This document shows, in pieces, positions 50,269 through 64,000 of a DNA stretch of 64,000 nucleotides (the stretch's first letter is position 1; each line of letters starts with the position of its first letter). The notes beneath the pieces were generated by a model, which ran no database searches, had not been told where the DNA came from, and saw nothing but the letters and a program-made list of their open reading frames with translations. The translations under genes and the position numbers were made by a program. Origin of the DNA: Selaginella moellendorffii. Taxonomy: Eukaryota; Plantae; Lycopodiophyta. The DNA lies in NCBI RefSeq assembly GCF_000143415.4, contig NW_003314276.1, positions 943,135 to 1,007,134 on the forward strand, given 5' to 3'.

Positions 50269-50420
50269 AGTGAGTGGGATATAGAAATATGTATATTAAT
50301 TGGTTTAGGCCCCTACTTATATATAAAAATGGATGGACCAGATTTAGTCTTAAATGAACAGTCTATATACTATAGTACTTTAAAGTAATACATGAATGTA
50401 TATATTTATATGTATGTATG

Positions 50421-50452
<32 letters not shown>

Positions 50453-53400
50453 TTTAAAACCTTACACTATCCTCCCCTCTGGAAGAAAGTAATAAGTTAG
50501 ATGGAATATTTAGAGCTTGTACTAGGTGATGATAAACTACTATAAGAATTTGAAACTCCCTCAAAACCACTAGTAAAGTTGTTGACAACCATGACTAAAA
50601 CAAAACCCAAAGTCATGGCCTAAACATCAGTTGACTATGGAATCTTGATGCACTAGTTGCAACTTTGTGTGCAACTATCAAATGCTCAAACTAATTATGA
50701 AGTCATAACTTTGAGCCAAAGCAAAAGACTTTGAGAACCACTGTAGTCCATAAAATACTATTGTAGCAAATAATACATTTTGCATTCAAGTTTTACCAAT
50801 AATCCTCCGAAATAACCATTAACTCAAACTTATAACCATAAACAAAATCTATTTCTTCATCCTTGTTTAACACTACATATAGGAGGTTGGATTCACTCCA
50901 TTCATCCTTTACATCCTCTTTATCCCCTCATCAAGGGAAAAAAAATTCTGAAGTATTGACTCTATTTGAACTTGTTACACTCATCTTTATTTTGCTATTT
51001 ATATTTGGCCTCACTCCACCATTGCATTTATTTGGCCTTAGTACATTGGGGTTGGATGTTTCATTCAGACTCACTATGTTCGTCCTCATTCCACAATCCA
51101 TGTTGTTTATCTTCACTCCACAACTGTATCCACTCACCCTTACTCCATCATCAAGGCTAGACCCCTTTTACCCCCTCCTCTAAAGATAAAAAAGTTTAAA
51201 GTGTTAGGGCAAAAAGGAGAAAACAAGAAAAATTGAGGAAAAACCATTGTGGAATATGAAAAAGTGGATAAAGAAGCATTAGAAAAGGAAGTTGCAATAG
51301 TTTGTAATACAAAAATAAAGAAATCAAAAGAAAGATATATGCTTAAAGTTTGGAAAATAGAGGACTTCCTATTATAAAATACTTCAATTACTATAATATA
51401 AGTAAAAGATTCACACCTCTCAACCTTCTTAACTATAATCTCCTGAGTTTTGGACTTTTTAGAAAGTCACCCAACCCAATACTATTCAAATTCAAGGACG
51501 CTTAACCCCAAGTAACCCAAGACCCTTAACTAATTGAGGTATATTTTTGTTCATAGGCCTTTTCCTTTTATATTTGAACTTCTATGGATTGTATTTCGAA
51601 TCATTCCTTTTAATTATTTACAATCCATTACACTTCTTAACAAGTTTATGCCCTTGTGAACGGAAGTTAAAAGCTATAACTCTTTTAAGAGCTTTTCTCT
51701 TTTGACACCTTACCCCTCGAGTCAAGCCTAGCCAAAGTGAACTAGACTTATTAGATGTCAATCTTAATATGAGAGCCCCGCTCTCTCGACACCCTACCCC
51801 TCGGGTTGAGCCTAGCTGGAGTGAACTAAATGTCAATTTCAATATATTGTGTAATTCCCTTATCTAATTAATAGAGTCAGACCTGACATATGTTAATCTT
51901 AACATATGGTATGATTCCCTTAGCTAACCACCATGCTTCCTTACAAGTTCATGCCTTCGTGAACTGAAGTTGAGGGTCGCAACACTCTTGAGAGCCCTGC
52001 TTTATTGACTCCCTACTCCTCGGATCAAGCCTAGCCAGAGCAAATTGGACTTGCCAGATGTCAATCTTAACATGTAGTATGATTCCTTTAGCCAATCAAT
52101 AGTCAGACCTAATAGATATTAATCTCAATATGTGATGTGATTCCCTTAGCCAACTAACAGAGTCGGTTTGACACCCTCTGATACCAAATGTTAAGGGTCT
52201 GGGACTTTTTGGGAGGTCACCTAACCTAGTATTATTTAAATCCAAGGATGCTTAACCTTAAGTATCCCAAAACCCTTAACCAATTGGAAAAAAGTATGCC
52301 CTCTTGTTTATGGGCCCTTTTTCTTTATATTTAAACTTTTATGGATTATATTTCAAGTTGTTCTCGTTTGTTGCTTACATCAATACACAATTCAACACTT
52401 GAGATGGGAAAATCAATAATAATATTCACACTTTTAAGGGAATATATAAACTCCTCAACAACAATGGTAAAGTAAAGCTCTCAAAAGCACTCACAAGTGG
52501 GGATATGCATTTAACTTGAAACTTTAGCCAAAATGACTCAACCTTTGGAACAAAGGAATATTCAACACCAAAACCAATCAAAGACTCTATTAATGAAATA
52601 AAAACAAGATTTTCAACTTTATGCACACACTCAACTTCTAGATTAGTATGAGGAGGATAAAAAACACTCAACTCAACTTTAGGCTAAGAATAAGAATTAT
52701 TAAAGTTATAAATGATTGATATGCCAGGAAAAGAAAACACTGCAAATGAGGAAGAAATACTAAGAACATGAGAAAGTGGCTTAAACTGAGAAATAAGAAA
52801 AAGGTTGGGAAAGAGCAGAAGGTAAAAAGAAATAATCAAATGGCAAATTGAAAAATTAATATCTACCTTACAAAATCTCCACTTCATCTTCAAAGGTATT
52901 TCTATAATAATCAAGCTTATCAAAATGATCTGGAATCCACTCGAGCTCATACACATCATCTTCCCATAAACTCGATCCTTGAATATTTTCCAAGAACCAA
53001 ACTACATCATTCATAACTTGCTAATCAATGTCACAATTATGCTTCACAAGAGATGGTAGAACACCGAGAATAAAACAAACTGTGTAATCATATCCTATAG
53101 AAGTTGGAGACATTAACACACCAAAGATGGGCATAGCACCAATATAATCACACTTCATAGCACAAAAGTTTGATCCAACGAAATAACAATAGCAACCTCA
53201 AGTGACATATTCCTTAATCGATGACAATGTGGCATTGAAGATTAAAAGAAAATGTAAATCTAAGCACAATGATAGCTAGAGTTCTAAATCTTGCAAAAAG
53301 CTAATACAAATCTAGATCTAAGAAAATGAAGAAATAAGAACAAAAAACATGATCCCGAACACTAAAGCAAAACATTGCTAAAAAGTTTTGCTTTTCAAGG

Positions 53401-53573
53401 ACAAATTGTAATGCCTATGTCTTCACCAATGTGAGTGTTCGGGAAATAAAAATAGGTATACTAATTAGGGTTTAACCCCTGTTTATATACAAGAATAGAT
53501 GGACCAAATTCAGTCATAAATAGATAGTCTATATATTATAGTACTATAATTAATGTATTAGATAGCCATGGTA

Positions 53574-53616
<43 letters not shown>

Positions 53617-53635
53617 CACACACACAAATTTTACA
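50269..53635 (-). mobile_element. Decayed LTR element with paired short LTRs (53430-53635 and ~50269-50466), each carrying a (TA)n tract
   Basis: Minus strand: TGTAA...CACTCACA, then PBS-like TTGGTGAAGACATAGG. PPT GAGGGGAGGATAG precedes TGTAAGG at 50466. LTRs resemble those of the adjacent gypsy. No recognisable ORF. Confidence 0.7.
51439..52379 (-). mobile_element. TRIM-like miniature LTR retroelement nested in the previous element
   Basis: ~190-bp direct repeats (~51439-51622 and 52189-52379, TG...CA). Intact iMet PBS TGGTATCAGAG (52186-52176). Non-coding interior of ~565 bp with internal repeats. Confidence 0.8.
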
Positions 53636-54783
53636 AGCCCTAATCCCTAAATTTGTGATTTAAATTTAAATGGTAACATGTGGAACCATGCTAATAGGGA
53701 TTAAATCTTGTGTGCCACTTTTAATGACTCAGCAAATTTTATTATTAAAAGTTTTCCTATAAACCCAAAGTTCCTAGTATATTTTATGGCTAAACCTCAC
53801 TACCATCTAAGAACTTTTGGGTTAAAGTGGAATAGGAATTTAACTCATTTGATTGGCCAAAGCTAATAAACTTCCTTTAGTGGAATATAGGCCTAACTGA
53901 TGATACATCTTTTCACTTAAGTGCTACTTTTCTTCAACATGCTGGTCTCTTAGTATCCCACAAAGAGTTCAAAAGTCCTCCTCTACCAAGATCCTCTTTG
54001 TATGTATTATGTGTCTTGCACTTCTACTACATTGTGGGGACAATAGCTGGCTGAATGCACTAAGGCGGAAGCTACTCTATGAACATGGGCCAAAGCCCAA
54101 GCCATAGAGCAAGTGACATTGGGGAATTTGACACATAGTCAGAATTCACTAGAGAGCTCTCTCAAAATCACTAAGGTAGGAGTGATTGAGGTTTTTATAG
54201 TGTTAATGTTGTGATTGAGGTTTTAGATGTTGATCAAACTGTTAGATGCATCACTAAGTGTTCTAGTGAGGTATTAATACCTCATGATTTGATTTCCCTT
54301 TAAGCATCTATATACTTGCTACAGATTTGCTTAAGCAAACCAAAAATAACTATTAATGTAAGCTTATTACATATATTGTCTAAAATACATTCTGAGGGGT
54401 TTATTATAACCTTACTTTCTTTTCATTTGTAAGATAAGTGGCCCAAGTTCATCTTAATATTGTGTTCTCCCTTCTCTTGGGAAGTAAACCATGCCATTAC
54501 CATAAAGACCAAAGGCAAATACTTCCACAATACTAAAGTGTGCATGTTACAAATTAACTTTCAAGATGTTTATCACATGTTTTAGGAGGTGATTACGAAC
54601 CAAAAGATGGCTAATGATCTCACCTTGTAATACTTGAAACTTTGCGTGATATAGTCCTGTTTATGGTTTTATGTTTTCTATTGTTTCTTATGTAGTTGAG
54701 CCCAATGTTATATGATACAAAGATCACATCTCATAGCTTAAGAGAAGAGGGCATTTGTATCAAGATGAGTTTATCTCTCTATC

Positions 54784-54969
<186 letters not shown>

Positions 54970-56163
54970 GAAATATATTTCAAAATTCTAATAGAAGATA
55001 CAATAGTGATCTATCAAACCAAAATTTATTACTCTACTATTAAGTGGTATATTTATTAAGTTTGAAAGCTTAATTTAGAATAGTTGTAGCTATTGTGAAA
55101 TGATAAAGCTTGCTATTATTGAGTCCTACTCTTACATTACTTAAAAGTTTAAAGGAAATTACATGTTAGTTTATCTTATAGATAAATCAATTTGTTGATA
55201 ATAAACACTTGGGTCTTAAGGTCTCAACTAGGTCAAATATTTTATCTAATTGCAAAGTGTAATTTATCTTGAAAAAAAGTAAAATTTTAAAATGATTTCA
55301 AATGAAAAGCATAATATACATATATATTTTATAATAATAAAAAATATATATACTATTTGCATTTTAAGATAAATTAAAAATTTCTGAATTTTTAAATTTC
55401 AAAATAAATATTCTAAGTATATATTAATAAGAAGCAAGAAAGGAAAGAAAAGATGGTGCAAAATAATTTATTATATTAGCAAATTAATTTAATTTTTATA
55501 TTATGAAGAATTACTTTCTCTTAGAAATTGAATTTCAAAAACTTTGTCCATGATCACATGGCTAAAGACTAAGGAAAATAAAGTAAAATGAAGGGAAAAA
55601 AGAACATGAACAAGTTAGAGTAAAAATGTCAAGTATTAAATTGAAATGCAATAATTAATTGCTAAAGTGTTAAAAGTTGAAATAGAAATTTATTTTTTTC
55701 ATTTCAAACTTCCAAAATTTAATTTTGTTAACATACTCACTATCTAACAACCATCTTTTTGCTGTCACAATAGCCCAGCAGAGAAAAAGTCAATATCCAA
55801 TAGTACAAATTGTTCCTACCAAAAAATAGTCTTTATTGTGATGGCAGTATAGACATATTCAACGGTCGTCAAAGCACGATTAACTATGCTGCATGATTCT
55901 ATGTAATAAAGACTATCTTGTCTGCGTTGGTTATAGTGTTCTTGTTATTGTCTTATGACCTTATGATTTCTTCAACATTGTTCTGAACTCTCTTTTTTTT
56001 GGAAGTCTTCCTACGCACAAGCTTTTGGAGCTGAAGGTAGAGCAAAAGGAGAGTGAAGTCCCGACATTGACCAAGGATCAATTTCTTGTGTGTTTGGATC
56101 CTGAAGCTTGAATAGCCTCTAATTGTGTCTCCCGGAGATCTTCTCTAGGGTTTGTTTCCGGCG

Positions 56164-58198
56164 ATGGCGTCTGAGAAGCGGCAACTGCAGGAGAATTCGG
56201 TGATACAAGTGTTTGGATTTGGGCGGTCCTGGTCATTTGTGAGTGGCGCCACTGCGGGAGAAGCCACCGACTTCGTGGCCCGTAGGCACAACAGAGCAGT
56301 GGAGGACGTAGCGATGGAGGACATTTCCTCGTCATCAGGAGGAGTGATACTAGTCCGTGGGACGCAGCTAGTTGCAGGGCGCAGGTACGTTTTCATCCCC
56401 GTCGTCAAGCCCGTCACTGCTCCTAAACGAACGTTCGCAGTCGGGGGTATTGCTGATCCTGAGAAGCACTACTATTTGGCTCCAGACGTGGCCCTGCTGG
56501 TTTCCAAGCTCAAAGGTGGCAGATACTGCGTTCTCACAGGTGCTCGTCAAACTGGGAAGAGCACAATGGCGATGGCTTGCAAGGCGCAGCTGTCAATGGA
56601 ACCAGGCTTCTGTGTTGTCTACTTGGACAAGGTGAATGCAGATGGAATGACGAGCAAGAGTATGTTCTGGGGTCTGCTCTGGGATCATCTGCATGGCAAG
56701 TGTAGCCTGTTGTTTCCGGCCAAGCCTTCGGGAGAGCAGATATTCACTGAGTGGAATTTCAAGTCGCTGTTTCTCAAGCAGAATCTGCCCCTCAAGGTGA
56801 TCCTGATTGTGGACGAGGCTGATACGTTGCTGAGCGCTCCGCCTGACTTCCTTGGCGATTTATTCAGCACTCTCAAGGGAATGAGAGACGACACAGACTA
56901 CAACTTTAACGGTATCTTACTCGTTGGAGTTGAGACGGTCAAGGACTTCCTGGCACAGCAGCGTGATCATCGACGGAATACTGCTGCTGAACAGAACATC
57001 GTCTATACAGAGAGTCCTTCCCCCAGCAGGTACTCACCATTTTCACATAGTTTCCTCGCGCAGCCAGGGAGGTTTGGAGTGGAACATGTGGAAGATCTGC
57101 TTCGGCAAGCAGAATCTGAGCGACCAGGAGTAAAAATCGCAGTGGAAAGAATTGCTACCTCTGTTATAGAGTTGACGGGTGGTCACAAAGGCCTAGTTGG
57201 TTCGTGCTTGGACTACTTAGTGAATAATGAGCTGTGGAATAGCAGGCAGTGGATCGAGGAAGCAGAATCTGGCCAGCTTGTGAACTATGTCTTTGGGCAG
57301 CAAACTTTTGGTCGGATTCTCAAGTCTTTCAGAAGCCATGCAGCTGGCAAGTACTTCGACCTGCTTAAAACGTTCCTTGCTGCGAAAAGTCGTCACTGTG
57401 ACGAAGAAATGGTGGTGCAACTGCGAAACCTCATTGCCGAAGGTGTATTACATTCACAGCCGGCAGCGGGCGGTGGCTATGATGTGCAAATTTCTTCACC
57501 GCTACTACGAGATGTTATATTTCGACGATGCGTCGTTACAAGCGACAGCGTCAACCCGCCACCAGATCCTTATAGGCTTGACCACTTATGGGTGATTATG
57601 GAGGCACTTAGGAGCTTCGATGGGGAATCAATGTGCAGGCCAGACTGCTTAAAGGCGACCGGGGAGATTTCCGAGTACTCGTTCCAGTTTGTGTTGTTTA
57701 CCAGGCTCAAAGCCATTTTCAGGCAAGCGTACCCGTTCATGGACATTAAGGTCTTACCTGAATCCAAGCAAGCCGTGGAGTATTTGGAGAAGCGAGACAC
57801 TCAGGTAGAGTGTTTCCAGTTTCTGTTTCATACAGGTTGTGTGACTTGCTCTCCGTTTTCAGGAACGGGTTGACATATTAGTGCGAAACAACAACAATTT
57901 CACAAAGTTCGCGTTTGAGCTAGTTGTCAACGATGGTGTGGAAGGCCATCTGTTGAAGGCTGTGCGCTATGCTTCACAACACAGTGCGCTAGTGTTCGTT
58001 ATCAATTTCACTATGGAAGATACACCTGAAATTCGGATTCCAGAGCATGCCTCAGTAGTCTTCGTCTCGGTGCAGTTAAATCCAAATGGGAACAAAACAT
58101 CAGCTAAAGTGACAATCGTAGACATCGATGGACCTCAACCGGTGATGCATTTAGAATTGACTAAGTGGGATGGTAAGATGTCGTTTGATCACATATAA
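56164..58198 (+). CDS. Header domain + P-loop NTPase + PD-(D/E)xK-like domain protein (~658 aa; Crinkler/CR-effector-like architecture); exons 56164-57804 and 57863-58198
   Basis: Walker A GARQTGKST, Walker B VILIVDEAD, SPFS and LTGGHKGL motifs. A 58-nt phase-0 GT-AG intron joins ...RDTQ to ERVDILVR...FAFELVV. The frame is intact. Confidence 0.85.
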
Positions 58199-59249
58199 TA
58201 CGAAGGCATGCTCGCAAGTTTGACATTGAAGCAAGCGAACTAGTAGTTTACAAAGAGTTACCTTCATAAAATAATTGTTCATTCTCCATTGCATCCATGA
58301 CCATTATATTTCCTGTCTGGTGCACTGTCTTCTAGCCATTGGATTATGCCAGTGACAGTGGCCGAGGATAATCTTGAGATGTCATTTCAATTTTCTGTGC
58401 AATTTTCTCCACAAAATTACCAAAGAAGAATTCATATTAACTTTAGGATTAGTGAGTAATGTTACTGAAATTTTATAATTTTATTAAATTTTAAAATAAA
58501 CATGTGAGGAGTATATTAACTATGGTAGAAATTAAACTTCAAACCTTTGCATTTTAACTTAATACTTATTATACATATAAGATTAATATGGATTTGTACC
58601 CAGAGTGTTCAACACAAATTAATCTTTCTTCTTCATTATTAAGTAATTTATTAAAAGTTTGACCATCTTCAATTCTTTTGACAAGTTTGAACACTCTGAT
58701 ATTAATATGGTTTTCCTAGATCTTATTCTTCAACTTCAATCAGATATCAATACTTTGCAAAAGTCATATTAGATATTGGAGTAATATATAATAGTTCATT
58801 CATAGCACCAAGAGGTTTTTAGTTTTGAGCCAAAGAATGATATGCTAGTAATATTTGATGGCACAATGGTCTTGAGTCTATAACTTTTTGAACTAAGTCA
58901 AAATTTAAATTATCATATAATATAGCTAATATTCCACTCTAACTTCTTGTATAGGATTAATCAAATCCCTTCTTATTAGGATGCCTCTTTTTTAATTATT
59001 TTCACTTTTTGAAAAGAATGGTTTTGTTTTTCAACTCTTTTATTCAGCACTTCACTAGTATGTTCAATGATATTGATTAAGAGTGCATTATTATCAACAA
59101 GTTGCAATAAGGCTTTCAATTTGCATTTACTTATGCATCAAATACCATATGGTTGCCATTGATATATAGTGTAACTCTTATAGAACATTTTAGCCTTAGC
59201 CTTCATGAGGAGGTATAAAATTCTCATACTTCTTTTATCAAGATTTATT

Positions 59250-59437
59250 TGCTAAATTTGGACTTTTTATGAGGTTATATATGCCATTATTATTCAAACT
59301 CAAAGACATTTAACCCCAAATATTCTCAAACCCTTCATCAATTGAAAAGGGAGTGAATTTGTTTTATAGGCCATTTCTCCCTATATTTAAACTTTAATAG
59401 ATCATTTTTCATTTTGTTTTCTTTGGTTATTTACACC
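59250..59437 (-). mobile_element. Decayed copy of the TRIM-family LTR
   Basis: Colinear with 52189-52379 (GGACTTTTT...TATATTTAAACTTT...TTACA). Confidence 0.65.
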
Positions 59438-60239
59438 AATATCTTTTATAATTGCCATTGATTTTATTGTTTGTTATAATAATCAATTGCAAGAATATTG
59501 ATTGAAGTATCATTATCAAACCTTTGTTCTTTGTCTTATGGCACTAGTCTTGGAACAATTAACAGAGCAATATTTTCAGCTTCATGCTCCATCCTCATGT
59601 GAATATAGCACTCATAGGTTTGGAAAATAAGAACATCTAACCTAATTAAATTACTCATCCTTTTTTACTCTTTTTGGCTCCATTCCTTTTTCATGAATCT
59701 CCAAACCTATCCACATCATTACTCAATTTCAATCCATTAAATCTATATTCTCTTTTCAGGTTTTAAATGACATTGATATGTTAATCTCATCAACTAGAAG
59801 TTTATACTTTCTCATAGCATTCTCTTTCAATCAGCATAATATTTAACTTGTGTGTTGAATTTTTGGACAATCAATGAATCTCCTCTAGATTCATTACACA
59901 TGAAATTGAGTTAGTAGGGGTAATAATATTTGGGACTTGTTGTAACATCTCTTTTAATGTTGTTAACATCCCAAACATCTTTATCATTTTTGGTCTTCTT
60001 TAGTTTGAGTTGATGAATCTAACAATGGATTACAAGTGGTATGATGTTAATAAAAAAAAAATCCTTTTTTTATATACTCTTTTTATATTTATCTAATCCA
60101 AAATTTTCACATTTCTTTATATGAGTTTTGAGATATTGGCTATCAAAATCTTGATTTTATCTTCATAAGTACTATTTATTTAGCATCATCTTTATCAATC
60201 ATTATTAAATCCACTCTTCCCTCCAAATATGTTGACTTT

Positions 60240-61720
60240 AAAGATGTTTTTTACAAGAGGAGTATTGATATTTTACCAAACCATTGATTTTATGATTATC
60301 TTATTAATCTTGTAAAGGGGAAATTACCACCATTTAGTCATATTTATAATCTTTCACTAGCAGAGTTGGATATATCAAAAAGAATCTTTCTAAAGTCTTA
60401 TTTAATATTCTTAGTCTATAATTAATATACTTATCTTTTTTATGCCCAAGAAGGGTAGGTCTTTTCATTTAGTAGTTAACAATTACAACCTAAACATATT
60501 CACTTCCATAAATCCATGAAGTGTTAAAATAAAACCTTAAGGCTTAGATTTTTAGTGGAAATTAATATTTTATATTCATTATAACCACTTCAAATACATA
60601 GTGATGTATTTTAATCTAAGCAACACTTTTATTGTTTTCCATATGGCAAATACTTTTTTTCATAACTTTTTTGATCTCTTCATTATTATTTATTTTGATA
60701 GCAATTTTATCTTCTGTAAACAACAAAAAAGTACAACTTAGGAGATAATTTATTAAAGTTTAAATATAAAAGGAAAGGGCTTATGAAGAATAATACACCC
60801 TTTTTCCAATTGCTTAAAGGTTTCAAAGAGTTTGAGTAGTATTAGATTGAATGACATTTCGGGAAGTTCAAATTCAAAAGTTTATATATAGTATTATGGT
60901 TTAACTCTATTAACTAGCTAAGGGCATCATACTACATATTAACATTGACATTTGTTGATTGGATAGGGAAGTCTGAATTCAAAAATTTACTCGAATCCAC
61001 CTCTATTAGTTGGTTAGGGAAATTAAACAACATATTGAGGTTGATATCTAGTAACTTAGTATGCTCCATTTACGTAGGTGTCAAAAGAGTGGGACTCTTA
61101 GAAGAGCTACAACTTTCAGCTTCTCAAAATATTTTTCTAATCAAAATTTAATGGAGATTTTGGGCTATATATTATTTAAGTTCCACCATTATTATCAATT
61201 TTTCCACCATTTTTAAGTGGCAACACCTAACTTTTATTTGTGATGTCCTTATTTTGTAAATTTTTATTAGCATTTCATTTGAGACTTCTCTAAAATCATT
61301 TTTGCTTTAATATGACCCATTATAAAGAAAGCCCTTTTTTGTAGTCTTCTACTGCTCAGACTTCTTTTGATCTATTAAAATTTACATTTACTTCTACTCT
61401 AATTCTCATATATTTGAATAATATAAAAATGTATTTTATTAAAGTAAATGCTTCACTCAATTATTTTCCAATCTCAGAAGTATATAGCTATAAAAATAAA
61501 TATATTTTCAACAAAGAGTTACTTGTAATTATAAATCCTTTAAAACTTGGCATTATTTCCTTGAAGGTTATCCTCACATGATCATTATCTATAATAATTA
61601 CAAAAACCTCCAATACTAGTCTTCAGCACATATCCTCAATTAGCATCAAGCTCAATAATCATAATCACCTTTTGTTTCTAGTTTATATATTGCAGAGAAA
61701 ATGGGAAAGCTAATGTTTTT
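60240..61720 (+). mobile_element. Extremely decayed gypsy RT/RNaseH remnant, interrupted by a TRIM-family copy
   Basis: Remnants LPPFSHIYNLSLAEL, FFMPKKGRSFHLVV, VMYFNLSN and FIKVNAS echo RT/RNaseH motifs. Confidence 0.55.
60715..61110 (+). mobile_element. Truncated TRIM-family copy in the opposite orientation
   Basis: Starts TGTAAACAAC and matches the reverse complement of 52379-52189 plus part of the interior. Confidence 0.7.
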
Positions 61721-62030
61721 ACTCAATGTAGTAATCTTGCATTCTTATATGAAAACTCCATATTTAACCTTCAATATCAAACTTTTTATATTCCTCTCAT
61801 TTTAAATCAATTTCTTTACACAATTCTTTACTCCTTTTAATTAATCTTTCAAGATACAAATTCAAGCAACTCAAGCAACTAATCTATTTATTCAAAAATC
61901 TTGGTAATCAATTTCTTTCAGTACTTCTTTAACCCAATATAGAAAATATTACTTTCTACAATTTTTGGCATAGACTTTTTCATCAAAAGACTCAATTATA
62001 TATACTGATGCAAAATATGATATATGTCAG

Positions 62031-62232
62031 NNNNNNNNNNNNNNNNNNNNNNNNNNNNNNNNNNNNNNNNNNNNNNNNNNNNNNNNNNNNNNNNNNNNNN
62101 NNNNNNNNNNNNNNNNNNNNNNNNNNNNNNNNNNNNNNNNNNNNNNNNNNNNNNNNNNNNNNNNNNNNNNNNNNNNNNNNNNNNNNNNNNNNNNNNNNNN
62201 NNNNNNNNNNNNNNNNNNNNNNNNNNNNNNNN
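62031..62232. other. Assembly gap (202 N)
   Basis: Direct. Confidence 1.
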
Positions 62233-64000
62233 AAAGATATCAATATCTTCATTACTATTTGACTAACAACCCCTACCGAGCCAAGGGGAACCAACACTTC
62301 CATTTTCATACTGAATCTACCAATCCTTCTATTGTGTAGATTAAGTATTCCATGTGAGGCAACTAGTCATCTACTTGTATTGCAGTCACACACTGAATTT
62401 ACCAATATTTCTATTGTGTAGATTAACTATTCTCTGTGAGGCAACTAATCATCCACCCGTACCGTAGTCCTATAGTGGATACCTTCGTCCGTGTATACTT
62501 CACACAAGAGGAAGGACGTACGCATGGATGTTCAATATATACGATTTCAAATTTAGGGGTAGTAATATACCTTGCTCAAGGGTATATTATATTTTTAAAT
62601 AGCCACAAATCAATAAGAATCAAACCCATGCCATTTACTCCGATACCACATGTAATGCACCTTATCTTTCTCCCCTTAAGCCAATTGGAAAATGGGCAAT
62701 TGCTTAATGAGAAAGTCTTTAGTGGCTATTTTATCCCCATTTATCCCTCAAAGTTCCAAGGATCCACGGTGACAGTATATCCAAATCTCATCCCATGATC
62801 ACATGCACTATAATGTTGAAAGATAATTGAAAATGAGTAACTGAGTGAATTTATTTACAAACAGAGTTTTCATCTTCATGTATTGTTAGATAATATTATT
62901 ACTAATTAAGGGCTTCAATTTATTTCCATCTTTTGACAATAGTTTCTTTCCTTCCTTTAAGTTAAAAGAAAATTATAAACTTCTCACCATCCTTAAACTG
63001 ATGGGTAATTAAAGTGTCTTGAGGAGTATTTTTATGCTTTATTTCCTATTAATAAAATAATTTTATTAGTCTTCTTTTTTTACTTTTTTTTATAATAATT
63101 CTTAACACTTTTCAATGCATCATTCTTCAATTCCTCATTAGCTATATATTTTTTTTAACAATTAATTTTATGGTTGTTGCTATGTTATTGCCTTAGATTC
63201 TCTTTATGAGGAAGTTCATCTCAATTTATTTATTACTATATTATTAATTATTATTTTTAACTTATTTTTTTCTTTAATTGGATCAAAGGTTAAACTATAT
63301 ATCCTTACAATAAACTTTATTATCAATATTTGGGTATTTTCACTGTGCTTTAAGATTAATTATCAACTCAATCTTCCTACATCTATGACTTAATATATAC
63401 TATTCTATGGTTTTTTTTATTGAACCTTATTATACCCATTTTGATCCCATTATTATATACTCTTTTTTATCCCACCACCACCTCTTCTAAAGGTTATTAG
63501 TAGTGCCTAGGGGTTTGAAGTTGTTGCCATCCTTGATCACAAACACTATTAGCTTAGGCTTTCTTTTAGTGATTGTACTTAGGAGCATACTTTTCATCTT
63601 GCTCATGCTTTTAAATTCATTTTAATTTTGAATTAGTGATATCTATTTAAACTTTGTCCTACATCACTTTAATTGTTACTTGGTTTTTGATATTAAAGGG
63701 GGATGATATCATATAATTGTCATTTCTCTATACTTATTGAGGAGTATATATACTATTATTGACCATGGTTAGAATCAAACCTCAAACCTTTAATCATAGA
63801 ATTGGACCTCAAGATCTAAGTTTCTAGATTAGTTTAGGGTTAAACCAAATTAGTTTTCAAAACCTCTATAAAAATAAGGTTTTAAGGATTTTATATTTAG
63901 AATGTTAAACATTAATCCATTTTTTTGTATATTGTTTTTTTACATCTATAGTAATTTTATCATCTTTACTTTTCTTTATGACAAACTCTGACAACTAAAT

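Noticed and set aside
56164-58198. Canonical NB-ARC NLR resistance gene
   Set aside because: No TIR/CC, GLPL/MHD or LRR; the C-terminus looks nuclease-like instead.

Overview
Eukaryotic land-plant genomic DNA, most consistent with a lycophyte such as Selaginella. This is an inference from an ACR3 arsenite exporter (absent from angiosperms), ~50-100 nt introns, GC-rich exons and tiny intergenic gaps. Layout: (i) 1-17.5 kb is a nest of Ty3/gypsy remnants, including a clean solo LTR (1245-3146, TSD GGTGT) with a 12-bp minisatellite, around an isolated ACR3 gene whose splice model adds a ~150-aa Cys-rich N-terminal extension. (ii) 21.8-41 kb is a very compact block of conserved genes: uncharacterised plant protein, DnaJ/thioredoxin-like, glutathionyl-hydroquinone reductase, LSM1, NMD3, MED8, DUF4660-like, TMEM184/LAZ1, DUF866, RPS13 and histone H1. 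(iii) 42-64 kb is a second TE field (1,437-bp tandem duplication, decayed gypsy, TRIM-like family) around a lone GC-rich two-exon gene encoding a small header domain, a P-loop NTPase and a restriction-endonuclease-like domain (Crinkler/CR-effector-like architecture). That gene and the ACR3 extension are the most interesting candidates. All family assignments are by eye; no searches were run.
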